Shown in pieces: positions 34,871-45,593 of a stretch of 64,000 nt of DNA. The stretch covers positions 28,116 to 92,115 of the forward strand of contig MU626335.1 in the NCBI GenBank assembly GCA_025603075.1, written 5' to 3'. Under the pieces are notes generated by a model. The model was not told the origin of the DNA and did not search any database. It saw nothing but the letters and a program-made list of their open reading frames with translations. How positions within the stretch are numbered: the stretch's first letter is position 1; each line of letters starts with the position of its first letter. This DNA comes from Neoconidiobolus thromboides FSU 785. Its lineage: Eukaryota > Fungi > Entomophthoromycota. Position numbers and translations under genes: made by a program.

Positions 34871-35749
34871 AAGTCAAGTGGGGGGAAATAGGCACAAATA
34901 ATCAAGTGGTGATATGAAAATAAATTACTAGATTAATATTAGTAGTGGCAAGTTTTAAGAGCTTGATTTTGAAGATACAGCTTATTTTTTGTTCTCCTTT
35001 TCCATCATCGCATTATATAATTATACGTTTAAATAAAAAATAGATTAAATTAAATTTTGATTTTATAAGGTTTATAAATTGCCCTTTTGCTAACTATTAG
35101 TTTTTATTGAGAGATAGGGAATAATACGATTATTTTACATCTTTCCTCATAAATCTTTAAGCATTTTAGAATACTAATGAGTCAAGGTAGTAAACAACTG
35201 CGTTACGAATTTGGCAAAATGTAAAAGAGTATGATTAAAAAGCATTAGTAGCTTTTTCAAAGGTAGCATGGAAATATCATATACTATATATTTAAATGCC
35301 TATTTTTGTTTTGTTAGAAAAGTATTTTAATTTCATTTATCTATTATTTAGCTTTATTTCTATTTCCAAAAATTATTGATGCTTTTTAGTGTTACTATTT
35401 TATACCAACTATAATTTTTTGGTATTATTAGAATACAATTAAAGGCATATTATCATTTATTAATACCTTGATTTTTAACGAAAGTATGTAAAAAAGGCAC
35501 CTATATTATTACGTAGTTTTATTGTTGTATCAAAGTATTATAAAAACATGGGGTATTTTTTTCGTTTCATCAATCTTTCCATTTTTTACTCTCTACTTCA
35601 TATCACTCTAGATTTATATCTATATTTATAGCAAATTAAAAAAATAAATTATAATTAATTTAGATATAAATAATTTATAAGCTAGTCTAGTTAAAACTAA
35701 AGGCTTTTGTAAAGGCAAAAAGACAAAAAACAAATATGACCTCACTTTT

Positions 35750-36460
35750 TACTCACATCTTGGTTTTATTGGGTTTTTTATACCTTCCCTTTTTTATACC
35801 CTCACTTTTTGATAACGTCCCAACTAAACTCCGACCTAGCTTATTTCTATACTTTTACAATATTATCAAGATACTTTTTACGAAATAGCCACCTACCACA
35901 CGTGTAAATCTAAATCTTCAAGCTTTTTTAATAGTTATAAATTCACATATCAATCCTTGAACCTCAAACATTGTTTTTAGAGCTTATATAGACATTTAGA
36001 TCATTAGTCCATATGTTACCCGAAAAAATCTAACTTTAATATAGTTAGTTTGATCTTATGTTTTCATTCCAGCACAAAACAAAAATACTTTCTTTTTCTT
36101 GCTTTATATTGCTACTTTTGCTCTAAGGTAAATGAATAATTTTTTCATTTATCTTTACTAATATCACTTATCTTCAAACCTCTGATGTTTCACATAGCAA
36201 TGTTTTCTTTTGAGTCAAATCCTTTTTGTGATTGTTAACTTTATAAGTTTACTTGAGTCACCGATTTTTATCTGAACATCTCTCGCCTAGTCTTTCTGCT
36301 ATAATTCCGCTATTTTTTTCCATCACTGTTACCTATACTAATCAATAATCTAAACCAAATGCTCTTGTTCTTATCTTAACTTTTTACATAGATAAACAGT
36401 TTATTTCAAAGAGCTTTCCGCTATTCCAAATTCAAGGATAAGGGATACAAACAGTTTTTT
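35750..36460 (-). mobile_element. Non-LTR retrotransposon (L1/Tx1-like) endonuclease relic
   Basis: Minus-strand fragments read YPLSLNLE*RKAL*NKL, GSRIDM, GRWLFRKKYLDN and EFSWDVIKK, in the order expected for the APE domain and linker (YAP..ER..FW, SRID, W..N..L, WD..K). Many stops. Confidence 0.45.
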
Positions 36461-37267
36461 GATATTTTCTTATTGCTTGTTGTATAGGGATGTATTTTTT
36501 TTTAAATTTATTAATGATCCTTCCGCTCAAACAACGCTTAAAGTTTTCATATTATATAAGGGATGTTTTTTTGATTTTAAAACAAGTTAAGCAAGCGTTA
36601 TATTGTTACAAAAATATTAATACATAATACCAAAGTTAATTTTAATGACAATATTAAAATCATGTTTGTGTCAAAATCACAATTGCTGTTATGATTAGGG
36701 TTAATAGTAAACACTGTGATTAGTTAATGTTTAAAACAAAAAAGCGGCTAATTTTGTTTACATTATTAATATTAAGTAATATTCAATATTTCAATAAAAT
36801 AAATTTCATTACTAAAAATATCAAACTAAACAACGTTATAAAAGTATTGCTTTTTGAATAGAATTTTTTAAATTCAATAAAACAAAACTTTTAAATACAA
36901 ATTTAAATTATTAAAAGCTGTATTCTATATTTTAAATAAGCTATCATTATTTTATCATAGTCTAAAAATATTACTATCAATTATTTTAATGCTTAAACTG
37001 TTTTTAATGTGTATTGCAGTTGGCTTTAATTTATCCCTTTTAAAAAATTTCATCTTTACAGCCACACCATCTAAGTAAAAATTAGATCATTCGCATTACT
37101 TTTATTTAAATTTGTGACTACATAACTATACTTAAAAATATCGATAATAACTGATTATATTAGTGTAACTGTATAACAACTTCTCAGAGAAATGTATAAA
37201 AGCATCAACTTTTACCTTCTAATAGACATAGAAATCCCAAATTCAATATTTTAAATAAACAAAAACA

Positions 37268-37474
37268 ATGAAAACATCTTTTGTCTATGTTCTCTCTTTA
37301 TTAACCTTTACTTTAAGTGTTCCAGTTGGTGAGCAAGCTTCTGCAGATGAAAATCAAGTTCAAAAAGCTGCTACTGGAAACGTAGCTCAACAGGTACCAC
37401 CGTTAGTTGGAGATAGAAAAAGAGGTAAAAAAGAAGGTCTATTAGGTGGTACACTTATACCAGGAATCTTATGA
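37268..37474 (+). CDS. Prepro-peptide, array member 9 (68 aa)
   Basis: Signal MKTSFVYVLSLLTFTLSVP, Q/A/E-rich pro-region, basic cluster RKRGKK, then EGLLGGTLIPGIL*. TATAAAA ~73 nt upstream. Confidence 0.75.
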   Translation: MKTSFVYVLSLLTFTLSVPVGEQASADENQVQKAATGNVAQQVPPLVGDRKRGKKEGLLGGTLIPGIL

Positions 37475-38305
37475 ATATTAAATCTATAGCTATTTTAACC
37501 TTTCAACGATACTGGAATATATTTTGTGCTTCAAAATAAAAATAAACTGAAACTAATCTTTATTTTGTAAAATTATTTCTAATTTCTTTATATTAAACTT
37601 TTTGACTATATTGAATAGTTTGCAAATAAAAAAGGAATAAATGGTAGTTTTGTAACAATTCTACTTTGTTTATTTGAAAAACCACTTGAGGTCTAAATCC
37701 TTTCATAAATTTTAGAAAAAAAGTTAACGGATAGTAACACAACTCTTTTTTGAAAATGGGTGCTTGAGTTAACTTTGCCATATCAAGTTGAATGTTAATT
37801 TTAAATTTATAAAATTACATAAAATCAAACGTAACCCTAAACTAGATCAATCACAGCTGTTTAAATTTAAACATCCATATTCTCGCAGAAACTATTTGGC
37901 TATTATTTAGTGCTTACTTTAAAGCTTAATCTTGGCTTTGACAAAATTTAGATTTAAAATTCTATTCATAAATGAACACAGCTAGTATTATATAATTGAA
38001 CTTTAACAGCTCTAAAACCAAATTTTAAGTAACACTAAAACAATAAATTGTTTAAATGTGTTAAAGCCAGCTTTAGTACATCCCTTTCAAAAAATTTCAT
38101 GCTTATAGTCACACTAACTATTTAAGTAAACTTTAGATCATTCGTATTACTTCTATTTAAATCGGTGTGTACTTATGTGGCTTTCATTTAAAGGTATTGA
38201 TAACTGACTATCTTGGCATAGTTAAATAACTCAAAAAAGTGTAAAGATATCAACTTTACCTTTCAGAGATATAAAAAGCTTGAATTTAATACTAAAAAAG
38301 TAAAA

Positions 38306-38485
38306 ATAGCAAAAGTATATTGTTTGTGTCATCTCCTACTAACTTTTACTTTAGGCATTTCAATTGGTGAATAAGTTTCTGAAGACGAAAATCAAGTTCG
38401 AGAAGCTGCTACTGGAAACGTAGCTCAACAGGCATCACTATTGACTGGAGGTAAAAAAGGAGACTTATTGGATGAGATCCCATAA
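38306..38485 (+). pseudogene. Array member 10, decayed tandem duplicate of member 9
   Basis: LLTFTLGISIGE*VSEDENQVREAATGNVAQQASLLTGGKKGDLLDEIP*. CAA>TAA at 38372, no intact ATG, and flanks homologous to member 9 at an offset of ~1.05 kb. Confidence 0.8.
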
Positions 38486-39107
38486 TATAAATATTTAGTT
38501 ACTTTTTAACCCTCTGAATATATTGTAATTTATATCTATGTTTCAAAATAAAAACAAGTTGAGACTAATTTTTGTTTTTGTAAAATTGCTTCTAATTTTA
38601 AAACCAATATTTTTAGCAACCATATTAAACTATTTGTAAATAAAAAAAGAAAAAGGGGGGCCTTGTAGTATGACTCTGCTTTATTTTGATATGTATTTTT
38701 TTATAGATTACTTGAGATATAAATCCTTTAAAACTCCATAGAAAAACTTTTAATGAATATTAAATACAGTTTAATGTGTAAAATTGACACATGGATAATT
38801 TGCTTATAAAAATTACCATAAATCAGATTTCAAAAGAGCTATAACAGCTGTAATCATAGTTTATTTAAAATAAGCTATAGTTGCTTTAATTTGTTCTTTT
38901 AAAAAAGAATTATACTACAGTAGCTATTAAATATTAATTTTATTTTGAATTAATGTATAACTATATAATCATATTTGTAAACTGATAGAAGCATTGATTA
39001 TCTAGATATAATAGTATACAGCAGCTTATTAAAAAGATATACTAAAGTATTGAATTTAATCTTAAGATATATAATAAATTAAATTCACTATTTCAAAAGC
39101 ATAAATA

Positions 39108-39260
39108 ATAAAGTTACTGTTTGTCTATATCTTCTTTTTGTTAGCTTTTATTTTGACTATTTTACTTAATAAATTAACTTCTGCTAATAAATAAATTAAA
39201 AAGTTACTATTGAAATATAGCTTAATGATATCATTAGTAGCTGGTAGTAAAAATCAAATA
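39108..39260 (+). pseudogene. Array member 11, heavily decayed copy of member 9
   Basis: ATA AAG TTA CTG TTT GTC TAT ATC TTC TTT TTG TTA GCT TTT aligns to the member 9 signal. GAAATATAGCTTAA vs GGAAACGTAGCTCAA shows C>T/G>A decay. Confidence 0.55.
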
Positions 39261-39623
39261 AAACAAAAATAATAAAAATGAAAATAAGTTTATCAAGTTT
39301 GAACTTTTCAGGGCTTTAATAAATAATTTATAGCTATTTTTAATTATTTGATTATTTATAATTTATATATTTATTTTATAGTACTACTTATAATTTTTAT
39401 TAATATTAATGGATTTTGTTAATGAGTTATTAAAAATTTTGCAAATGAAAGGATAAAAAAATAATAACTTTATAACTTATTTTTGCTTTGTGTTTATAAT
39501 TATTTATATTTATTAATAAAATATTTAAAAAATAGTTAGCAAATCATAACAGTTTTCAAAAATTGATATCAAAAACTATTTCATTTTGCTAAATTAATTG
39601 ATCAAACTAGATTTTATATATAT

Positions 39624-39711
39624 GGGGATGTATTTTTGTGTAAGAATTTTACTAATAATTTTTTCACTCAAATAGCGCTTAAAAGATAGAAAAAGTAAGA
39701 ATAAAAAACCC
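39624..39711 (+). mobile_element. MITE family 1 copy (small internal deletions)
   Basis: GGGGATGTATTTTT...AAAAAACCC flanked ATAT/ATAT. Confidence 0.8.
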
Positions 39712-40021
39712 ATATATAATTTGAGATCTAATTTAATTTAATTTTTTAGAGATTTATAAAAAATAAAAAATATTTAAAATGTATTAAAATTAACTTTAGT
39801 TTAAAGTATTTTATTATTTTTATTATGTTATCACTAAATTATCATGTCATACTGTTTTTGTTAGTTATATTCTAAATCACATTTATTAATATGCAGCTAT
39901 TTATTAAAAAAGTATATAAAATCTTAATTATATATATAATACTAACTATTTTTTTAAAATTCTATATAAGTTTCTTATTAAAGAGCAAAAACACTTAATA
40001 ATTTCATATCATTTATCATAA

Positions 40022-40450
40022 AATGCTGTAAGATATCGCTTTGTCAGCTCCATGATTGATTATAACATGGTAATCACTCAAGTCGTTGTGTTCTCGAGTT
40101 CAGGCACAATCAATTCCGGACCTTTTATTTTGATTTGCTATGAGAATTTCTGTCATGTAATTCTGGAGGACATTATCTCTCCGTTTTAGTATTCATACTT
40201 CTTGGAGTATAAAAGGAATTCTAGAAAATAACAACTCAAGACTTTCTAATTGAATTAGTCCCTGATATTGTACCTTCAATAAAGCCATTAAATCTTTCCG
40301 ATAGTATTTTACGTAGATTTTACAGCAGTATTGTCTATTCTATTTGTGTTACATAATCCGTAGCCTATTACGTCTGCATCCTTGATGCTTCAAGTCTACC
40401 TTAGTTATATAAACCAAGACCTTTCGACTTACAGTTAGTTAATCAAGCAA
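40022..40450 (-). mobile_element. LINE ORF2 post-RT relic; homolog of 63602-64000
   Basis: Clear nucleotide similarity to 63602-64000 (ATATCGCTTTGTCAG, GTATTGTCTATTCTATTTGT, AAGACCTTTCGACTTA). The minus strand reads KSKGLGL...RNRL...NRQYCCKIYVKYY, resembling the K..GGLGL motif after non-LTR RT domains. Confidence 0.5.
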
Positions 40451-41651
40451 AAACTTTACTAAAGTGATGTACTGATATTAAGTAAAGTTATAATATATGA
40501 ATCGCATTGGTAAAGTTTTTGCTGATATAGCAACTTTTACCAAACTTAATAAAAATTCTGCTAGTTTATAATACATATTATAACAAAATAATTTAAAGTT
40601 ATTAAGTATTTTGCTTTTTGATAAAAAATTTATTTTTATAAATCTTAAGAGGTTTTTGAAATACAAAATATTTAAAAATTGAGTAAAAAAATAAAACTGA
40701 TTTGAATATTCCCTAATTTCTTTTAAAAAAGTTCAAAAAGCTACAGTAAAAAGTTTAATAGGTGCTTTTAAAAAACTACTCCTAAATAAAATATTTAGAT
40801 AAGTTAGTTCAAATAAAGTTGTTCTAATTAACTATAGAGCCTTATCTTGGCAATAACTAATTTATGTGAAAAACAAGTACTGGTTTACTAACATAGCTAC
40901 AAAAAATTACTAAACTCTAACTTAACTATTCTGACTAAAAAATGGATTTTATTTGTTAGACTAAAACAGATCAGTGTTACTAAATCTTACCTTATTGGCC
41001 TCTGATTGGTTAATTTACCATAAATGAGTTACAATAGTTACATTAGATTTCCTTTATTTAGATATCTTTGTGAATATATACAACTATGGCTGCATCTATG
41101 ATTGGAAACTTTTAAATTTGCAAGACTGGATTTACTATCAATAATTGCGTTTTTATTGTGGTTTTATATTGCGCTAGTAAGAAATAAATAAGCTATTAGT
41201 TACAATAGTTAACTATTTTTATATTTAAAAACAATTTAGTTTTGAAAAATAGTCTAATACAGTTATACTTATCGATCTCTCTCTTATTTGATAAAAATAA
41301 TGGGTATATGTTTTTAGCGTATACCAAGAAAATCAACAACTATAGCTGCTTTATAATTCTGTATCCTCATCACTTAATCCTTGAATCAAAAAAAGATAAC
41401 TGTCTTTAAGATATTTCTTAGAATTACGCTAACTAGTTGGGGTAAAATATTAGATCATTTTCGTTTACTTTTATTTTTTAATTGCATATATAACAATGTT
41501 AAATAAATTGATTAAAAATAGCTATAAAAATTATCTTTCATTTAAATGTAACAAGTTGTAACTTTTATTTTAAAAAAGTATATAAAAGGCATCAATTATT
41601 ATTTACAAAAACACAAATAAATAAATATTAGTATTAAAAGCAGTAAACAAA

Positions 41652-41828
41652 ATGAAAGCATCTCTTGTCCTTATCTCCTCATTATTAAGTTTGACATTAA
41701 GTATACCAATAGCTGAAAACTCTCCTATTGGCATACAAGTTTTAAACATTAGACGTAATATTGAATCAGAAGACCAATTGCTAAGAGATATTTTAAATCT
41801 AAAAGAACCCCTTTTAATAAAAGTTTGA
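41652..41828 (+). CDS. Small secreted prepro-peptide, array member 12 (58 aa; absent from the ORF track)
   Basis: MKASLVLISSLLSLTLSIPIAENSPIGIQVLNIRR/NIESEDQLLRDILNLKEPLLIKV*. Family signal peptide, RR site, TATAAAA at 41581. Confidence 0.6.
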   Translation: MKASLVLISSLLSLTLSIPIAENSPIGIQVLNIRRNIESEDQLLRDILNLKEPLLIKV

Positions 41829-42304
41829 AAAGCGATGGTTTAGCTATGGTATTTAGATTCAGATTTTATATAACTTAAAACAAAATAAAGATAGAGTGAT
41901 AGTAATGATAGACAATGAACTCTATAGAAATTGATTATCCTTTCTAAAATTCTATAAATATTAAAGATCCATTTTATTTTTATTATTACCCTGTGTATTT
42001 TTATCTTTAATAAAATGAAAAACTATTAGAAATTAAATTTTTCTTTGACAATTGATCACTTTGGTTAATAAGATATAGTTGTATTTATTTTAAGTGATTG
42101 TTTGAATTTTCAATAGCAGCTTTTAAAGGAAATGATCATAAAAGATGTAATATACTTAAAATGGGCTGTAATTATTTTTAACTATTTCTTTTAAAGTGAT
42201 TTCTTTATTCACAGTTATACTGACTGATTAAACTAATATTATATCACTTTTATTCGTTTTAAACAGTTATGTAACAGCATACTACTACACACCAAAAGGA
42301 CATT

Positions 42305-42506
42305 GTAAATGTATTTCCCTGTTTAAGAATTTTACTGATAGCCTTTCTGCTCAATATAAAGAGCGCTTAAAAAATGGAAAGAGTGTGGAAATAAAAACAC
42401 CTCTATATTGGGGCGAATTTTTGTATTTGAGAATTCTACCAATAATCTTTTCACTCAAATAATGCTTAAAAGATGGAAAAAGTAATGAAGCCAAAAAAAC
42501 ACCCCC
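42305..42506 (+). mobile_element. Two tandem MITE family 1 copies sharing a central ATAT
   Basis: Copy A ends AAAAACACCTCT, ATAT follows at 42405-42408, and copy B runs 42409-42506 ending AAAAAAACACCCCC-ATAT. Confidence 0.75.
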
Positions 42507-42765
42507 ATATACTGACGTCTTTTTTACCTTTGTTCATTTATCTATCTTCTATGTAATAAAAAAGAGATATTTTACTCATGATATCTATGAATAAAAGGTA
42601 TTTTTATTTGATAACTTTGATCATTTAAGTATGACATTAAATTAGTTTTGAGCACTATTAATTTACTATGTAACAGTGTATGAATACTTTATAAAAAAGT
42701 ATATAAAGAAACCACTTTTAATCCTTTAAATATAAAAAACCAACTTCAATATTAAAAAACAAACA

Positions 42766-43146
42766 ATGAAAACATCTTTTATCTATATTTCTTTTTCATC
42801 ATTTTTTGCTTCAAGCGTGCTAATTAGTGAAAAAGTTCCTATTAAAAGACAAGTTCAAGACGTTAGACGCGCTGGTCAAACTCAACTATACTTGAAACTT
42901 GGTTTTGGAAACCAAATAGAACAAAGTATCTAGTGTAATAATTTTGATAGGAATGTAGGTGCTGAAGCATAAAAAGGTTTTGGAAGTCACTTTGCTTCTA
43001 ATTCTAGAAGTAACTTCAATGATGATAACGTAAGTAATCAAATACAATCAAAGCTTAGTTTTGGAGATCAAACAGATTAACTACATAATCAGGTACTATA
43101 ATTCTCTTAACCAAGGACAACTAATGCCTGAACCTGAGAATTAAAT
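42766..43146 (+). pseudogene. Array member 13, truncated by TAG/TAA
   Basis: MKTSFIYISFSSFFASSVLISEKVPIKRQVQDVRRAGQ...LGFGNQIEQSI* (TAG at 42931). Read-through continues KGFGS...LSFGDQ with further TAA codons. Confidence 0.65.
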
Positions 43147-43966
43147 AAATTCAAATAATCAATATTGATTTAGTGGTGATGATTGTTAGAATTTAATATA
43201 TAAATTTGATTTTAATTTACTTATGAGTAACATAGGTTTATTTTTATGATTACCTCCTTCTGTCATTAGGTTTTATATTGTAACACTATTTAAAATATAA
43301 AATAAATTGAACTTAAGTTTAGAGTTTGTATCTAACTATAAGGCTTTTGAAATTGATGATCTTTATATTTAAAATTAAAAATTGAACTATATTTTTGTAT
43401 TCATCGAAATGGGAAGTTTTTAATGGCTTATTAATGTATCATGCTTAGTGTATAAGTATGTCTTATTTAAGAACTTGACTAATAATTGTTCAACTTCTTC
43501 AGTTCTCATAGATTGATAGAGGAGTAATATCAATCAACAATCGAACTATTTTGGTAGCTTTGCTAATTAAATATGGCTATTTATAGTACATAAATACGCA
43601 TTTTATATCTTTGCTTATAATCAATAAAAAAGAAAAAAATACCGAAGTATTATTCTATTTTTATGCTTTAGAAGCTTCCTTATTATTGAAATTTTATTAA
43701 TTTATCTGCCATTTTTAGTACAAAAAATCGATCCACTTTATATTAAAAGACTAAAATTATATTAAACCCCCAAAATTCTTCATTTAAAATTTCATAACCT
43801 TATTATATAGCTTTCCTTCTATCTCATTCCAACTTTCATTTTTCCTATCAAATTTCTATCTCGGATTTAATTGGTTAATTCACCATTTAACAAAAATAAA
43901 ATCTCCAAAATACATTTCAATTCCAAGTCTTCCAAATTTCCATTTCTTCAACATTCAACCAAACCA

Positions 43967-45542
43967 ATGGGTAAAAAAAACCAACAAAAGCGTAAACAAC
44001 AAGAGATAGCGGAGAGTATTTTAGGTGCTAAAGGACAAATTAAACCAAAGATTATTAAAAAGAAAAAGGAAACTGATACACCGCTAATATTAACTAAACG
44101 AGAGCTTGAGTCCTTAGAAAAAGAGATTCATAATTCATCAACTACTGCAAAATCAAAATCAAAATCAAAATCGAAATTCGGAAAGTCAATCCCTGAAGAT
44201 GATAACGACGAAGAAACTTGGGGAAATAGTTATAATTTTGATGCCCAAGGAAATTTAATTGTTCAAGAAGAGGAAGGGAATGGAGGCGCTAGTGAAGAAA
44301 CTAGCTTGCAGTTATTAGGAAATACGATTACTAAAGGAATGATCGAGTTGGGGAAAAATTTTACTAAAAAAGGGAATGGTAAATCAAGTAAAAATAAAAT
44401 GAGCCAACTGTTAGGTTTGATTGGCGGAAGGAAAAAGGAAAAAGCAGTAGTGAAGAAGACGGAGGAGGAAGAACAGGAGGAGGAAGAGATCGAAGAAGAA
44501 GAAGAAAATATTGATGGTGAGATTGAACATGAAAATAAAATCAAAGGCGGGAATAAAGGGGATGATGTTGTAGATGAAGAGAATGATAATGAAGAAATAG
44601 AAGAAGAGGGATCAGATATAGACTCAGAAGGTAACTGGTAAAAATTCAAATAAATTCAAATTAAACTAAATTCAAATAGAAGAAGAAAAAGAAGATATGC
44701 ACGTTAAAAAATATGGTGAAAGTCATTATAACGAAGAAGAAATGAATAAGAAAATAGAGAAGATTAAGAATAGAAGTTATAATAATTTGGTAGTTAAAAA
44801 ACAAGAACATCAGTATTGGGTTAATTTGGCAACAACAGAAGAAAACTATAATCAAGAGAGTATTGAGAGTCAAATGAAATGGGAATTAAAGGACTATTTT
44901 ATTAAAAATAGATTGATTGAACCTTTTGAGAAATTAAATTTAAAGAATGGTGGTAAATATTTATTATTATTATTATTTATTTATAATAATATTTTTTTAT
45001 TTTTAATAGAAGATAAAGAACTTAATGACTCACAAAAAGAAATATTTTCATTACTTAATAATTATTATGATTTATTTTATCCCATCTTAAATTTAAACAA
45101 AACAAATGAAATAAGGAATGCTTATATGTTACATGCTTTAAATCATATTTTCAAGTAATTTATACTTACCTTTATTATTTTATTTATAATATTTAATTAT
45201 TAACTATTATAGAGTAAGAGATACAATTTTAAAAAATAATTTTAAAATTGCCAAAGCTAAATCACAAAACAAAGAAATAGAGTAAATTAACTAATATTAG
45301 TTAAAGCTTAAATTAAGATTAATATTTTTATAGAAATATTAAAGATAGTGGATTTACACGTGCTAAAGTATTGATATTAGTACCTTTTAAATCAGTAGCA
45401 TTAGATATTGTTAATAAATTATGTGATTTAAGTGGCTGTGATCAAATTCAAAACAAAGCTAAATTTTTAAATGAATATCAGTTACCTAAAGGTACTATTG
45501 ATCCAGTTAAAAATAACACGAAATTACCTGGTAATCTATTGT

Positions 45543-45593
<51 letters not shown>

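Noticed and set aside
25261-43146. TAA/TAG read as Gln (alternative genetic code), which would make the array pseudogenes intact
   Set aside because: UGP1 ends exactly at the conserved ...LRILDH followed by TAA, and the conserved exons I translated have no in-frame TAR and use CAA/CAG for Gln. The broken copies also carry frameshifts and ATA starts.
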